Below are positions 25,071 through 38,956 of a stretch of DNA of 64,000 nucleotides, piece after piece; position 1 is the stretch's first letter; each line of letters begins with the position of its first letter. The stretch is from Octopus sinensis (Eukaryota). A model generated the notes under the pieces. The model was given only the letters and a program-made list of their open reading frames with translations. It made no database searches and had not been told where the DNA came from. Position numbers and translations under genes: made by a program. The stretch is from NCBI RefSeq assembly GCF_006345805.1, contig NW_021833116.1, positions 150,621-214,620 of the forward strand. The letters run 5' to 3'.

Positions 25071-26413
25071 ATGAAGCACCTGATAATGGACAACGGAAGT
25101 AGTACAATAAAAGTGGGTTATTCCACCATGGACAAACCCCTGTGCCCCCTAAATGTCTAATACTCCAGAATAGTCCCCAATTCAATCACTAAATCCAAAC
25201 TCGTAAGAAACCGCCTTTTCATCGGAAATGAAATAGACGAAATCTCCAACACGAGTGGACTATATTTCATGACTCCATTCCACAAAGTGAGTCCCCCACC
25301 TCACCAAAGGGGTACATCACTAACTGGGAGACACAGAAACACATATGGGACTACGTCTTTGCCAAACCAGAACTAAACGTAGAACGACCGTGTAAGCCAG
25401 CAGGTCGACTTTGGGGACACGTCTCTGATCATCTCCGAACCATATTTTAATTTCGTACACTGCCAGGACTCGATGACTGAACTACTATTCGAGCACTACG
25501 GGTTTCCCTCAATCCTCAAAACGAATGCCGGCTGCATGAGTGCACATGGACAACACCACAAAGAACAGGCCCTGGTTATTGTGGACTGCGGATATTCCTT
25601 CACTCACGTCCTCCCCTTCATCGACCTCCGCCAGTATAAGGAAGGCACTTTGAGAATGGACGTGGGGGGCAAAGTCCTCACCAATTTTCTAAAGGAGGTT
25701 ATTTCCTATCGCCAGTTGATGGTGATGGGGGAGACCGTCCTGATGAACGAGTGCAAGGAGGACTGCTGCTACGTGTCCCTCGACCTCCACAAGGACTTGG
25801 ACATTTCCAGGTTGAGTGTTTGGGGGAGACTAGTCGACGCACTGAGGAGAACAGTGTGGCCAGGGACTATGTGCTTCCCGACTACTGCGACACATTTCGT
25901 GGGACTGTGAATGTCCCACACATGTCCTCCCTCAGTGACCGACAAGTCTGCCTGTCTGACTATTCCAGGCAATAAGAATGAACAACGAACGGTTTTTTGT
26001 GCCAGAACTGCTTTTTAACCCATCGATTGCTGGAGTTTAACCAGATTGGACTGTCGGAGGCAATTTATGAGAGTGTCAGTCGATGTCCTGCCGAGTTCCA
26101 CGAAGAACTGTTTGGGAATATTGTGTTGACAGGAGGGACATGTCGACTCCCCAACATGGCCACCCGACTGTTTGCTGTGTGTGTTAATCATAGACAAAAC
26201 GAGGTGCGTGCACGTGTGTCGACGGATTACGACGTGGTGGTGAGGGAGAGTGTGGATGAGTGAGTTATTGGTGTTACGAGTAGTCCTCTCACGGCTGCCT
26301 GGTCTGGGGGGACTGTCATTAGTCGGGATGCCGACATTCAGGACAGTTCCCTCAGTAAAGCCCAATATGAGGAATATGGCTTGCAGATATCACGTGAATA
26401 TTTTTCTGTTTGA
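25071..26413 (+). CDS. ACTR6: Actin-related protein 6 (SWR1/SRCAP subunit)
   Basis: LIMDNGSSTIKVGYS, GYITNWETQKHIWDY, ISEPYFNF, VDCGYSFTH, GGKVLTNFLKEVISYRQL, KEDCCYVS; multi-exon with micro-introns. Confidence 0.9.
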
Positions 26414-26511
26414 TTTATTCAATTTTTGGTTTTTTATTAAATATTTAAACATGCGATTAATGATCCTTCAAAGTGGTTGCAGATTTAATTTAATTAGGGT
26501 TTAACCATTTA

Positions 26512-28230
26512 ATGTCCTGTCAAAATTTGTCCAAAATTGCTGCCTGCATTTCTGTAGTGAAGAATGGCCCTGCGGGTCCCGGAGGTTGGGGACTGTCGGA
26601 GATTGGTCGAAGGCTGGACGAAGAATCAAACGGGGCCATTTCTCGACAAATGAACTGGTCAGGAAAGAGTGTTATTTGGCAGTTTGGGGAAGGTTAAATC
26701 TGGGCAGTCGAGGCTGATTTATGGGGCACATGACAAATATTCAGTCATTGCTCTTAATTTTGTTGAAAGTGGTGATTCCGCGGATGCAAAAAGAGAACAA
26801 ATGGACCTCACCAGAGAAATCACAAGACGTGCAATTGGCGGTAAAATGAGTACATTTTATTGTTTTTAGATGGAGTGGGTAAACTCAAGGAAATTCATGT
26901 GAACAAAATATTCGTAGATTCAACACATGAAACATTTGGTAAATTAATTAATATTATCAAAGCTTGTGCCGAGGCTGCATATTTGAGGAATTTTGAGTTT
27001 GATGAATTCAAGCAAAAGAAACAGCCTCCCTGTGAAATCAGTCAGCTGACCATCGAGGATATTCCTACATCCACTAAAATGTGGCGGGAAGGTCAAATTT
27101 TTGCCGAGGCCCAAAACTGGGCTCGATATCTAACGGAATATCCAGCCAATTATTTAAATCCCCACGAATTTACTCGCCAAATAGAAAATGAGTTCAAAAA
27201 TGTAGGAAAATGCCGAGTTGTAAACCAGTGAGCACGATCTGGGATTTTTAGTGACGAAATGTGGATTCGACAGCAGAAAATGAACTGCCTTCTTTCCGTA
27301 GCCGCAGGATCCTCATTTCCCGCCCATTTTGTTGAGATTTCCTACATCGGCCGGGACACCAGTCAGTTGGATTGTGTGTTGGTTGGGAAGGGGGTGACAT
27401 TTGACACGTGGGTGTACTGAGGGTATATATAGAGGAGGAATATCCCTGAAGCCGGCCTCCAAAATGGGGGAAATGAGGGGGGACATGGGGGGAGCGGCAG
27501 CAGTGGTGTCCGCCATGAAGGGCATTGCCAAGCTCTCCCCCAAAATGAACATTACAGCCTATCTCCCTATTTGTGAGAATGCGATTGGTCGGGGCTCAAC
27601 CAGGCCGAGTGACGTGGTGGTGGCCTGTAATGGGAAGAGTGTCCAAATTGACAATACTGACGCAGAGGGGCGACTTATTCTGGCTGATGCCCTCGCCTAT
27701 GCCACTACTCATCATCACCCGGCTGTTGTCCTCAGTGTGGCTACCCTCACTGGTCAGTCGTCCATGGTTTAGTGATGAGGGGCTGTTGGGATTGCACTGG
27801 GGTCTGTCTGTACGGCGGTTTATTCTCAGTCGGATAAATATTGGGAGTCCCTTTTGAACGTAGGTGACCAATCTGTTGTTGTAGGCGTCTATTGTGACTG
27901 GGGACCGTGTTTGGAGAATGCCCCACTTTGATTCTTACGCAACAAGAATGAGAAAGGCTAAATTGGCAGATCTGAATAATATTTCCAATTCATCTGAGGG
28001 TGGTTCATGTACAGCTGCCGCGTTCCTGAGAGTGATTTGTGCTGTGGCTGAATTTTAAGGAATTCATCGTGGACAAGTCACTTCCCTATGTACACCTTGA
28101 TATTGCTTCTGTTGCTTTCTCGAATGAGACACAGGAAAACTATTTGAAGCCTGGAATGACTGGTTTCATCGTTGGTTATATTGCAGGACGACCTACCAGG
28201 ACATTGATTGAATTTATTAGCAAATTGTGA
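26512..28230 (+). CDS. Cytosol leucine aminopeptidase (peptidase M17)
   Basis: VGKGVTFD, GGISLKP, MRGDMGGAAAV, NTDAEGRLILADAL, HLDIA; micro-introns. Confidence 0.9.
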
Positions 28231-28759
28231 CTTATTTTTTCTTGGTTATAACAACTTGTTTTGATTACTCTTTATCTTGTTTGAGTAAAATACACTTGGG
28301 AGTCCAGATTATGTTTCCTAATAATTTATTTTATACATTTGTGACCAAAATAATGCTATTTGTACAGTACTTGTTGGCTTATGTTCGAAATATTGTTCAA
28401 ATTAAGTAATCAAAGTCAATCAGGTTTTCTTAATTATTTAAATGTGTGAATGCGCATATGAAACCAGCTTGCAAAGAAAGACTTTACTTATCGAGGAATA
28501 TGTTTGGAAGGGGACTGATATCAATTACTTTCAAGGCTGATAAATGTTGCTTGATTTCAAAACAAGTCTGGAAAGGCGAAAACTTACTTCTCTGAGGAAT
28601 GCAGGAATTCTGTGAGCTGAACAACAAAGAAAGTCACATATGGCCACAATCACAGAATTCTTGTGAATAAAATATGAATCAACCCAGCACATTGAACAGA
28701 CACTAAAGAGTCTGCAGATTGAGTGTCTCTTATCAGCTATTAAAACTCTTTATTAAAAA

Positions 28760-29529
28760 CAAGGATATTCTTAATACGTGAGATTTTTGCCTTGAAGGTT
28801 TTAATGGACCTCGCGTTGTTCATTTTAACCAAAATGCAGAAAATTTTTTTTTAATTTTTGGGGGAAGGTTTTAAGGACTTCATCATGTAGTCGAGGACAT
28901 TGTAGTTGTTCATTTTAACAAAATGCAGAAATTTTTTTTTAATTTTGGGGGGGAAGGTTTTAAGGATCATCATGTAAGTCGAGGACTTGTAGTTGTTCAT
29001 TTTAACCAAAATGCAGAAAATTTTTTTTTAATTTGTTTGGGGGGAAGGTTTTAAGGACTTCATCATGTAAGTCGAGGACATTGTAGGTGTTCATTTTAAC
29101 CAAATGCAGAAAATTTTTTTTAAATTTGTTTGGGGGGAAGGTTTTAAGGACTTCATCATGTAAGTCGAGACATTGTAGTTGTTCATTTTAACCAAAATGC
29201 AGAAAATTTTTTTTTAATTTTTTTGGGGGAAGGTTTTAAGGACTTCATCATGTAAGTCGAGGACATTGTAGTTGTTCATTTTAACAAATGCAGAAGAAGA
29301 AAATTTTTTTTTAATTTGTTTGGGGGGAAGGTTTTAAGGACTTCATCATGTAAGTCGAGGACATTGTAGTTGTTCATTTTAACCAAAATGCAGAAAATTT
29401 TTTTTTTAATTTTTTTGGGGGGAAGGTTTTAAGGACCTCATCATGTAAGTCGAGGACATCGTATTGCCAATTTGAAGTTGGTGTGCACACACAGACAGAC
29501 AGACACACACCATACCATTTTTATTAAGA
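28760..29529 (-). mobile_element. Non-autonomous Helitron-like element, 5' part (copy 1)
   Basis: Reverse complement of 57818-58725: TCTTAATAA start, (CTGT)n/CA microsatellite, ~95-bp tandem array. Confidence 0.7.
28810..29460 (-). repeat. Tandem array of about seven ~92-98-bp units
   Basis: Repeated aaggttttaaggacttcatcatgtaagtcgaggacattgtagttgttcattttaaccaaaatgcagaaaa; units differ mainly in homopolymer lengths. Confidence 0.92.
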
Positions 29530-30019
29530 TTATTGAATCACTTGATAATGAGACTTTCGATATACAGACATCCTCAAAATGGATTGTAAAAGAAATATTT
29601 CCCCTAAATCTGAAGCCATGTTCTTCCTTCTGCAGGACAGGAATATTTTCTCCGCGAGCTTGGTTCGAAATGCCCACATTGCAAAACTTCTAATAAGACA
29701 GTCGACCATTTGGCAACTCGATGCAATAGAATGCTTAATTCTGATTATACAAGGCAACATAACGAAATTGTTAAATGCATACACATGCACCTATGTAGAA
29801 AATTTGGATTCAAAAAATCAAAAAGGTTAAAGACTCACTCTATCCAAAGCGTAATTACCAATAATCTTGCTGAAATACGAGTTGACACTACTATCCTTAC
29901 CGAATCAAAAATTCAATATAAGAAGCCGGGCATTTTGCTATACGAAAAAAAAATTAAACCAGATATGGCTAATAGAGATTGGAGTGACGTGTATGGATAA
30001 TTTAAAAGCAGTTTTTTTT

Positions 30020-30690
30020 AAATAAAAAACTCCAGCCAACTGCTGATCAGGATGATTCTCCAACTCCAAACTGAATCATCTGAAATCACAGAGATGGAGC
30101 ATTCGAGAAGGATGATGCCTGAGCAGAAAAATCGTTACAAGCCCATCTGCGAGGATAAATACGAGAGGCTTCTGAACCAATCAAACCAACACAGACGTGC
30201 TTGTCTAGTGACTGGAAGATGCGAATCGAGTGGAGCTTGGATCAATGCACTCCCCGTTGATAGTGTCGGAACCCACCTTGACGACGATACTGTCCGCACC
30301 AGCACCAGACTTGGACTGGAGATTTGTCGGACTCACAAATGCTGGTGTGGGGCCACCGTCGATTGTTATGGACACCATGCTCTCTCTTGTCGAAGAAGTG
30401 CAGGACGATTTCCAAGACACAAGGCAATCAACGAAATTGTCAAGCGAGCCCTGGAGTCTGCAGGATACCCAGCCGTACTTGAACCGGTCGAGCTTGACCG
30501 AGGAGATGGAAAACGTCCTGATGGGATCACAATTTTCCCATTTGAAGAGGGGAAACCCTTAGTTTGGGACGCAACCTGTGTGGACACTCTCTGCCCGTCC
30601 AACATTGCCGGGAGCGCAGTGGACAGACTGTATGCCGCGGAAAAAACGATGAGGGCGAAGGAGAGAAAATATGAAGCGCTGCGAGATCGA
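30020..30690 (+). mobile_element. CRE-like fragment (zinc knuckle + REL) within R4 copy E
   Basis: ORF 30052-30711: SGAWINALP, CWCG, HALSC, RHKAIN, KRPDGIT, LVWDATC, KERKYEAL. Confidence 0.8.
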
Positions 30691-31429
30691 TTAATTAGAA
30701 ATCATTTATAAAGCCAAAGTCAAAATACTTCCGATTGTTATTATCTGGGATGCGATCACCTCCAAGTATTTTAAAATATATATGGATTTGATTGGCATTA
30801 AAGACAGTGTTCTGGCATACATCCAAACGATTGCATTAAAGAAGACGTTAGAAAGTATGTTTGTAGAATATAAATATGGTTTCGAAGACGTAATGACTAA
30901 AGCATTGATTCTCAACAAAGATTATGCAGTGTGAAACACTCACCAAAGTTTGTACATCTCAAAAAATAAGATGAATTGGCAATTCTGTGGCTAGCTTTTT
31001 TGATACGTTCTTTTAGGTAAAGACTTTAACAAGACTTCAAATATGGCTTTAAAAAAATGTTAAGTATTCTTTTCTTGTCTCTTAAGTTCGCTTTTATTTT
31101 TGACATTCTGCAATTTGGTATTTTTCTCATAAAATATTGTTTGAGTTTCAGTTAATTTACCGATTCCACAATCGCATCTAAAATTGGGAATAATGCAGAC
31201 GTTGAAAATTTTTAAAAATAAATTTTAAATCGCCGTAAAGTCCTTAAAATATTTTCTTTTGCAGTCAAAAGACACTGATTACAAAGTCAAATTAATTACA
31301 TAAAATACCAGTTTCATTGAAGTTGTGACTTGGTTCTGAAAAAGCACGTCTTTATCATGCTTAAATTTAAAATCCCTGTTCACCATAGTGTTCGAGGTCT
31401 CTCATCTTTAAATCAAAAAAGAACAATTA

Positions 31430-32150
31430 ACTGAAGATCTGTCCCGCTAAAAAACCGATATCTGCGCCTTACAGGAGACAAAGAACGCTCTTGGGTATGG
31501 AGAAATCTTACTTCCGTTTAACAGTCGTCACTACGATCTTTGTTTTACAATAAACTGGAACCTAATGAGGTGGGTGCATAAAATCTGGACAGTTTGTGAC
31601 TATTATTGTAATGGAACTTTGTTTATCATCTTCAAACAACACTATAATGACTGTTATTAACGTCTGGCTCTACACATGGCCAGAGTCTCAAAAGAAATCG
31701 ATGAACTGAATTACTAAACCCTGACGAAAACATACACGCATGTTTTCGATATGTATAAATGTTCAATGAATTTCATCTGCGGCGTCTGGAATGCCAAAGC
31801 TGACATAATGAAATTTGCATGAGGAAACACGGGAGAGGATACCGAAATCTATTTGGACATTCTCTCACTGATTTATGTAATTCATCAAACCTGTATCTCT
31901 GCAATACCACTTTGAACATTCTGCAAAGCATAAAACTACCTAGGTTGGCACAAAGAGATTCAAAGACTGTGCTTACATATAAAATTCAATCGACTATATT
32001 CCATGTCTAACCTTATTAAAGAGATTGTTGTCTTGCTCTAGGAGCTAGGAGGAACTATAATTGAGAGTGACCACAAACTGACAGTCCCAGATTGAATATT
32101 AAAGATCTTGGAAAGCATGATGGAAAAATTCAAAAACGGAGATTAAGTTC
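31430..32150 (+). mobile_element. Degenerate RTE-like LINE APE fragment
   Basis: ICGVWNAKA, LYLCNTT, and (N)QIDYI-like and ESDHKL-like motifs. Confidence 0.55.
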
Positions 32151-32466
32151 AAATACCAAATCATATTCAATTGAACATCACATTCCCGGATAGAGAGCAC
32201 TCAGACCCGCCTACAGGAGGATCCAGTCCCAAGTGAAGGAGTAGAACATTTAGCACTGAGCGAACTCTGAGCCAAGGACACGAAATAAATAATCACAATG
32301 AATAGTGTTTCATATTTTTTAATAAAAGGTTCTATAATCTGTTATTTATGTCCATATATTTGATTTTACCGTTTTAAGTTAAATTTTTTTGTCAATATAG
32401 TTTTGACACTTAATATTTTATAGATAAGGAAAAATTATTATTAGATAAATGAGTTAAGCTACCAGC

Positions 32467-33386
32467 TTAATCATCAATAAGTGAATTATGAATTTCTGCC
32501 AGATCTAAAATTGTATTAAATAAACAAAACCCTGGAAATATCTTATAGTTGAATACTCCAATTTACTGGTAGCGTCTCTGTCGACGATAAATATTACCCT
32601 TGGGTGGTACTGGAAGGCAGAACATGTCCACATATGATTTACCCCACATTCAATTGCGTGATGAAGAGCAAGTGCCTTGGACATTCCAGTAGCCAATATT
32701 ATGACCTAAGGTATTAAGAAATGACGTAAATTCACCTCTCGTGCATTCATAATTGTTTGTTTGTATTCCTACAGTTAACGCCTGCTTTGGTGTATCTGAA
32801 AGACACCCAAAATATCTTGAATTGTCCAATATGGTGGATTTGTTTAAAGTTTTAACACGAGTAATTAAACTTAGAGACGATCCCGGTTCATTAAAAGCGA
32901 CGTGGCCATCAGTACCGATTCCACCCACAAAGGTATCAATTCCTCCAGCATCCTTGATACTCTGTTCATATTTGCAACATTCATCTTCCAAATTGGGAGA
33001 GGTTCCATCCGGAATGTTGACATTGTTTGGATCGATATCAACGTGTGAGAAAAGGTTATCCCACATATATGTCCTGTAGCTCTCTATGGTTTAGTGGGAG
33101 GCCTAAATGAGTATTTTTGACACAAATAAAATACCTACGTATTCATCCATGTTAAAAGTTTTTATATATTTAAAGGATAATTCATCGGAATTATAATACT
33201 CAACTAATTTTTGTACATGCCAATTGGGGGTGTTGCCTAATTGAAGTTTGTATCGTTTCTACCTGTAGGCAAACCAAGAACAAAGTAATTTTCTGCAGAT
33301 GGATTAAAGGTTTTAATTTTCTTTTTTAAATATTTTGCAGCCCATGTTGTCACATCGTCAGCACTTTCCAATATTATGAGCCTCAT
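32467..33386 (-). CDS. GNPDA: Glucosamine-6-phosphate deaminase
   Basis: MRLIILE...WAAKY...[57 protein letters not shown]; micro-introns; one apparent 2-nt loss in an AG repeat near 33080. Confidence 0.92.
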
Positions 33387-33559
33387 CAGAAACAAGTTCA
33401 CGAGAATAATAATTTACAATATTCACAAATATCATCTTAAGCTTAAGTGATATTAATTTCTAATTTTATTAAAATTTCATTTATCAAGTAAGGCAACGTC
33501 CCTCTCTTGCACAAATGTCCTTCTCACGGTATCTGCTAGCCCTTTTTAAATACAACATC

Positions 33560-33802
33560 CTCAGTTCTTTATATATGTGCTTCATGGACTGGAACGTCAG
33601 ACCTGGAAGAGCCTGACCCTGGAAACATGTTTTGGATCCCATAGAAGAAACCGGAGAAATACATTTGGAGTGGCCTTGTTTGAATTTTGTACCTGCTTAG
33701 ACCTATTTTTATGTAACACGGCATTCCGTCTTTCAACCAGACACAAAACGACGTGGGCTGGAATCAGTAAGCACTCAAATATACAATCAAATTGTAGTTA
33801 AA
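33560..33802 (+). mobile_element. RTE-like LINE APE fragment, cut by the downstream Tc1
   Basis: LFLCNTAF, HKTTWAG. Confidence 0.55.
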
Positions 33803-33804
33803 TA

Positions 33805-36800
33805 CAGTATGGTCCCAAAATAGTACACCCTTGTTTTTTTGTCGAAAAAGTCTTATATCTGCTAAAATAATACATTTATTTAATTATTTTTTGTGAATTA
33901 TATCTGTTTTAGAGTTTAATGAATTTTTCACTTTATAGAAAATCGAAATGAATTAATTATACATATATTTTAAAAAATTAATGAATTTTTAATGGTCCAT
34001 AAAAACTATATCCCGTTTTTAAACCAATAATAACTTAATAGTTAATCAGAAACTAAGCAGATCTCACTCCAGCTCGCTGATATCCACTCTCCTTCTCTTG
34101 GAAGAAGAGTCTACTTCCAGCTGCCTCTTACTCCCCACTACCACATCTGATTCAACCATTGCATCTTCTTTAGCATTCATTGGGTCGTCTTCATTTTTGC
34201 ATGCCATCTCCACATACCGGTTGGAAGCAGAAGCGTATTCTTCACCAGATACCTTCATTCCGTGCTTGTGTTCGATCATCATACTTTCGAACGTTCTTTT
34301 CAGTACAACGGATTGGATGTATGTCCTCGTTCCTGCTTCAATAGATAGTTTCCGAGACAACTCCATCCCATGTCATAACCACAGGAATTATTTTTACTTG
34401 ACAGCTATACAGAAACGAAAGCTCGCTTGCCAGTAGGTCATACTTGTGACACTTTTCAACCTCCACTTGCTTGAGGCGATCCTGTGAAGTAATACCCACT
34501 TCAATTAGATTTATTTCGTTTCTGACTTTGTCGTGGACAAAGATATCTGGCTTGTTATATTCTACTTTTGTTTCGGTGAGGATTGTACAATCAACCCTGA
34601 TTTCAACTTTTCCCGTCGACAGTGTTGACTGAACAGAATGTCCCTTCAATCGTCTTGCTTTTTTGAGTCCATACATTCGGCACAAGTTAAGGTGAATACA
34701 CTTCACAACTTCGTTGTGTCTCCGGAGATAATCACTGTTGAGCATTTTACCACACTGAGAGTAGCCATGTGGTCAACAGTTTTCTTGCTTTTCTTACAAT
34801 GATTGCATAATGAGTCAGCGGATGTAAAGAACAAGTTTCGATCTTGCAGAGACAATACATGCTTCACTTCGTGGCCCATTATTTCCATTAGATAGCCATT
34901 CTGAGGATGCAGGTAAATCAACATTAGGTTCATCCATACATTTGAAAAGCACAGAATGTAGTGCTTTAGAACTAATTTCTTTTGTAAATATTGTATCTGA
35001 TTGGACTTTAGAGACTCCATAGTAATACTCTTCTTATCAATAATTGCATATTTGGAGGATAGAAATCTCGCGATCATAGCCAAATGCCATTTATTCATTT
35101 TAATTACACGCAGAATCCCCGCCCTCCGTAAGCATATAGTTGACATATTTTCCAGACTCGTAAGGAACTGGAAGAGCATTAGTTCACTTTTGAAAGTAAC
35201 TGATGAAAGCCCTCTTCCAAGAGCTTTCCGGTTTAAATACAGTCTCTCTTTATTTGCAGGTTTGAGATGTAATCTGAGCGACGTAAGCAATTGCCGTATT
35301 TGTCTGTCAATATCATCAATTCAGAAGGTTCAATATTGATTAGCCCAATATAATAATTATATAGTGACAATGCATATTCATTTATAGCACGAAACAGATT
35401 CACACAGAGTTGAGTTTTGTTTTCGATAGCATAGTTATCCTCTTCTTAACATTCTCAAAGATAGAGTCCATAACTCTATTCTTAAGAACATTGCTTCCAC
35501 CATCTTCAAGTACACCCAAATACCGATATCCATTGATTCCGTCAATAGTCTTACAACATGATAATGATTCCAAATTAGACGCTGATTTTTCTGAATTCAT
35601 CTCCAAACCAACAATTTTAAAAAATCCGTTAACAGCTTCCATCATTTTGAGTAAAGTGTTGTTTGAGAGCAAATATTTTTAGATCGTCAATAAATAGCAA
35701 ATGATTAGTAGAATATGTTAACATATTGGGATCTTCCTGGTTAATTTCAAGTTTTGGAAACACGGAATTAAGGATCCTGCTTAGAGGATCTAATACCATA
35801 ACAAATAGTAAAGGAGACAATGAGTCTCCCTGTAAAATTCCTCGGTTTAACTTCACTGATCCAATTCTTCTACCTTCCATATGCAGCTTTACTGCCCACT
35901 TCTTAACTACGCTCTTCACAAAGTTTACGATCCAAAGCGGGATTCCAGAACAATCCAAAACGTGAAACAAAAAATCATGATCAACTGAGTCATATGCTTC
36001 TTCACATCGACCCAAGCAGAATAAAGGCCATTCCCGTACTCCTTGTTCAAACATTGGTTAATGAGAGCTTGCTCCTTGGCGCCTTGACAATACTTCCTCG
36101 TTCCAAGTTGGTTGTCTGAAATTAGGCCAAATGCCTCGACAAAATCAGCCAGTTAACATTAAAACATTTGGTGACAAGTTATACAATGTCGGCATACACG
36201 TTATAGGACGTAAGTCCTTCGGGGTTTCACAATCATCTTTTTAGGAATCAAATATGTTATTCCAGTGTAAAACCAACTTTCAGGCATGTACTCTCCATTA
36301 ATTATTCGGGTTATATCGTGACACAGAAATCCATGTAATGACTCCATCTTCTTAATGAAAAAGTTATATATCCCATCACATCCACATGCCTTCCAGTCAG
36401 GAAGATACTTAATAACATTTCAAAAAAACTCTTCCGTAAACTCTGGAAGCATATGTTCAGCACAAGTAGTTCGTTTTCCAACAACGTCATAAGATTGAGG
36501 CCTCCCATTTCTCTCGCTCCAGACTTTTTGCCAAAAAGAGACACATTCTTCATCATCAAATCCATACAGCGTCACTTCCTCTTTCTTTGTTAAATCTCGA
36601 TAGAATCTTTTTCGATTTAATTCAAAGCACTGATTATCCTTACGAAATTGCTTCCTTGAATTATGAACTTCTATTTTCTTATTGTTAATCCTAATCAGGT
36701 CTTGCAATAATATCTGAATCCTCGACAGCTCACCTTCTTAGTTTTCTTATACCCATAGCGACAGAGAACATCCATTACCTTTTGCTTTTCAGATGGAGGT

Positions 36801-38956
36801 AGTGTTTGATTGGAATGGGACTTAACAATTTCCAATTCTGCAGATAATTTTGAAATTTTCTTTTCAATATTTTCTACCCATGTGCTCTGTGCTTTGTCTC
36901 TCATGGTTAGAGATAAATACGCACATTGAGCAGCATATAGAATATCAGAAATGCTATTGATATCATTAGGATGATTATCTTTCGTAATATAATATATCGC
37001 CGAATTCAATCCTGTCAATATATCAGTTTTCAAATATTTATTTTGAATTTTGGAGTTGGTTTACGTGAATCCCTTGGAATCGATTCAATATTCTTAATTT
37101 GTATATCAACTCTTCTAGACACTTTCTAAAAGTGGAAATTTCTGAGCTCTCAAGAAATTGCTTCTGATGGCAATTGCTTCCATAATTATTATCCACTCTC
37201 ATGGTTTAACCATTCTTTGAGTTGACTGAGACTTGCACTCTTCGAGAATTTGAATTAAACTTCTCACGGATAAGGTTCCATCCACCTCTTGGTCTCCCAA
37301 TTCTTTGCTTCGTGGCATAAACAATCTGAGGCACCCACTCAGCTTCAGAAACACAAATAGCATCATCGATAATGGCCGAAAGGGAATGCAAGTTAGTTGG
37401 GATAGTAGGATTCCCAGCAATTGGATTGTCATGAATACTAGTCCTTGTGCTGTTATCCAGCCCCAGAGACGACACTCCTGCACTTGTTATGTTATTTTTA
37501 TCCTTTTTCGCAGGAAGGCCCCTAGGATTCGATTTCCTCATATCATTAGGAACGGACATGCACAACACCACAACAACTATTCTCGGTCCATAAATAGTAC
37601 ACCTTAACAAATTCAACATTGTTGTGCTTTAAATACCTAATAAAGTTTTATTTAATATACAAAAATATTTTTATTTTTAGTTTATGTTTTTTATTTTTTT
37701 AAAGTAATTATTTAACTAAATAATTATCTTATTGTCAAAATAATTAACATGAACTTTCGTAATGTTGATCTCTCTTCAGATATTAAAAATCGTATTATTT
37801 CCATACACGAGGACAACTATGGATACAAAAAAATTGCCAAAAAACTTGAGATTAGCAAGAACACCGTTGCTAAGATTGTACAAAAATACCGAAAAACGGA
37901 ATAATAAACGGCATTTTAAATCGAGAAAGAGGGAGACCGAAGAAGTTATCTATCAGATCTATCCGTCTAATCAGACGTTCTGCTGAAAAAAATCCAAGAA
38001 TCTCTTCATCTGCAATTGCAAAACAATTGGAATCTTATTCTGTTATTAAAATATAAAAATTACAATAAAAAAGGAGACTACATGAATGCAATTTATATGG
38101 CTGATACTTCGAGAAAAACCGTTATTGTAAAAAGGTACAAAAGAAACCGTTTACAATTTGCAAAAAAATATGTAGGCAAAAATATGGATTTTTGGAATAG
38201 AATTCTGTGGTCAAATGAGACCAAAATCAATTTGTTCAGATCAAATGGATTAAGCATATGTGGCGCAAAAATGGCGGTGCACTAAATCCAAAAGCATAGT
38301 ATCTACAATGAAACATGGCGGCGGAAATATAAAGATATGTGGATTATGAGCTTCAAAGGACCTGGTGAACTTTATACCATAAATGGAATCATGAATGCAG
38401 ACATGTACATTAATATACTTGAGAAAAAAATGATGCCCTTTATCAACGATCATTCAGAAAATCCGAATTTCCAACAAGATAACGATCCGAAGCATACTGC
38501 AAAGAAGACTAAAAGTTTTTTGACAGAAAAAAAAAATTTGCCAGATTAAATCCAATGAAAACATGTGGAGCTATTTAAAAAGAAAAATCGAAACATTTGA
38601 CATCAAAATAAAAAAAATCTGATAATAAGATAATTAAATAATTACTTTAAAAAATAAAAGAACATAAACTAAAAATAAAATATTTTTGTATATTAAATAA
38701 ACTTTATTAGGTATTTTTAAAGCACAACAGATGTTGAATTTGTTAGGGTGTGTACTATTTATGAGCCGGCAGTTTTTACGTTTTTGTTAATAAATGTTAA
38801 ATAAATTGAATTTTGGTCTTAAAAAAATTAAAAATTAAACTCAGACTTAAAAAAAACTAAATTGCAAAAAAAAAGTTCAGATAATTAATTATTAGTACCG
38901 AAAATGGATTTTTTCGTCAGAAAAAACAAGGGGTGTACTATTTTTGGACCATACTG
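33805..38956 (+). mobile_element. IR/DR Tc1 element with long inverted repeats and a degenerate transposase (~37749-38600), containing R4 copy D
   Basis: Ends cagtatggtcccaaaatagtacaccc / gggtgtactatttttggaccatactg with TA TSDs; 37595-37700 is inverted at 38640-38765; HTH plus WSNETK and FQQDNDPKHTA motifs. Confidence 0.88.
34004..37584 (-). mobile_element. R4/Dong-clade retrotransposon (copy D), near full length, frameshifted
   Basis: RT (QGAKEQAL, GILQGDSLSP, FIDDLKIF), ERLYLNRKALGRGL, REL (KPDIF, EVGIT, EKCHKYDLL); candidate 10-bp TSD ggtccataaa at 33994-34003 and 37585-37594. Confidence 0.88.

Larger units (their letters stand above)
28400..30930 (+). mobile_element. R4-type retrotransposon 3' part (copy E), degenerate, hosting a Helitron-like insertion and a CRE fragment
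   Basis: KERLYLSRNMFGRGL (28440-28500), QDRNIF, HMATRCNRML, EIGVTC, IIWDAIT, IALKKTLESM. Confidence 0.75.

Noticed and set aside
32467-33386. Possible bacterial nagB horizontal transfer
   Set aside because: Animal-type GNPDA sequence with several spliceosomal introns
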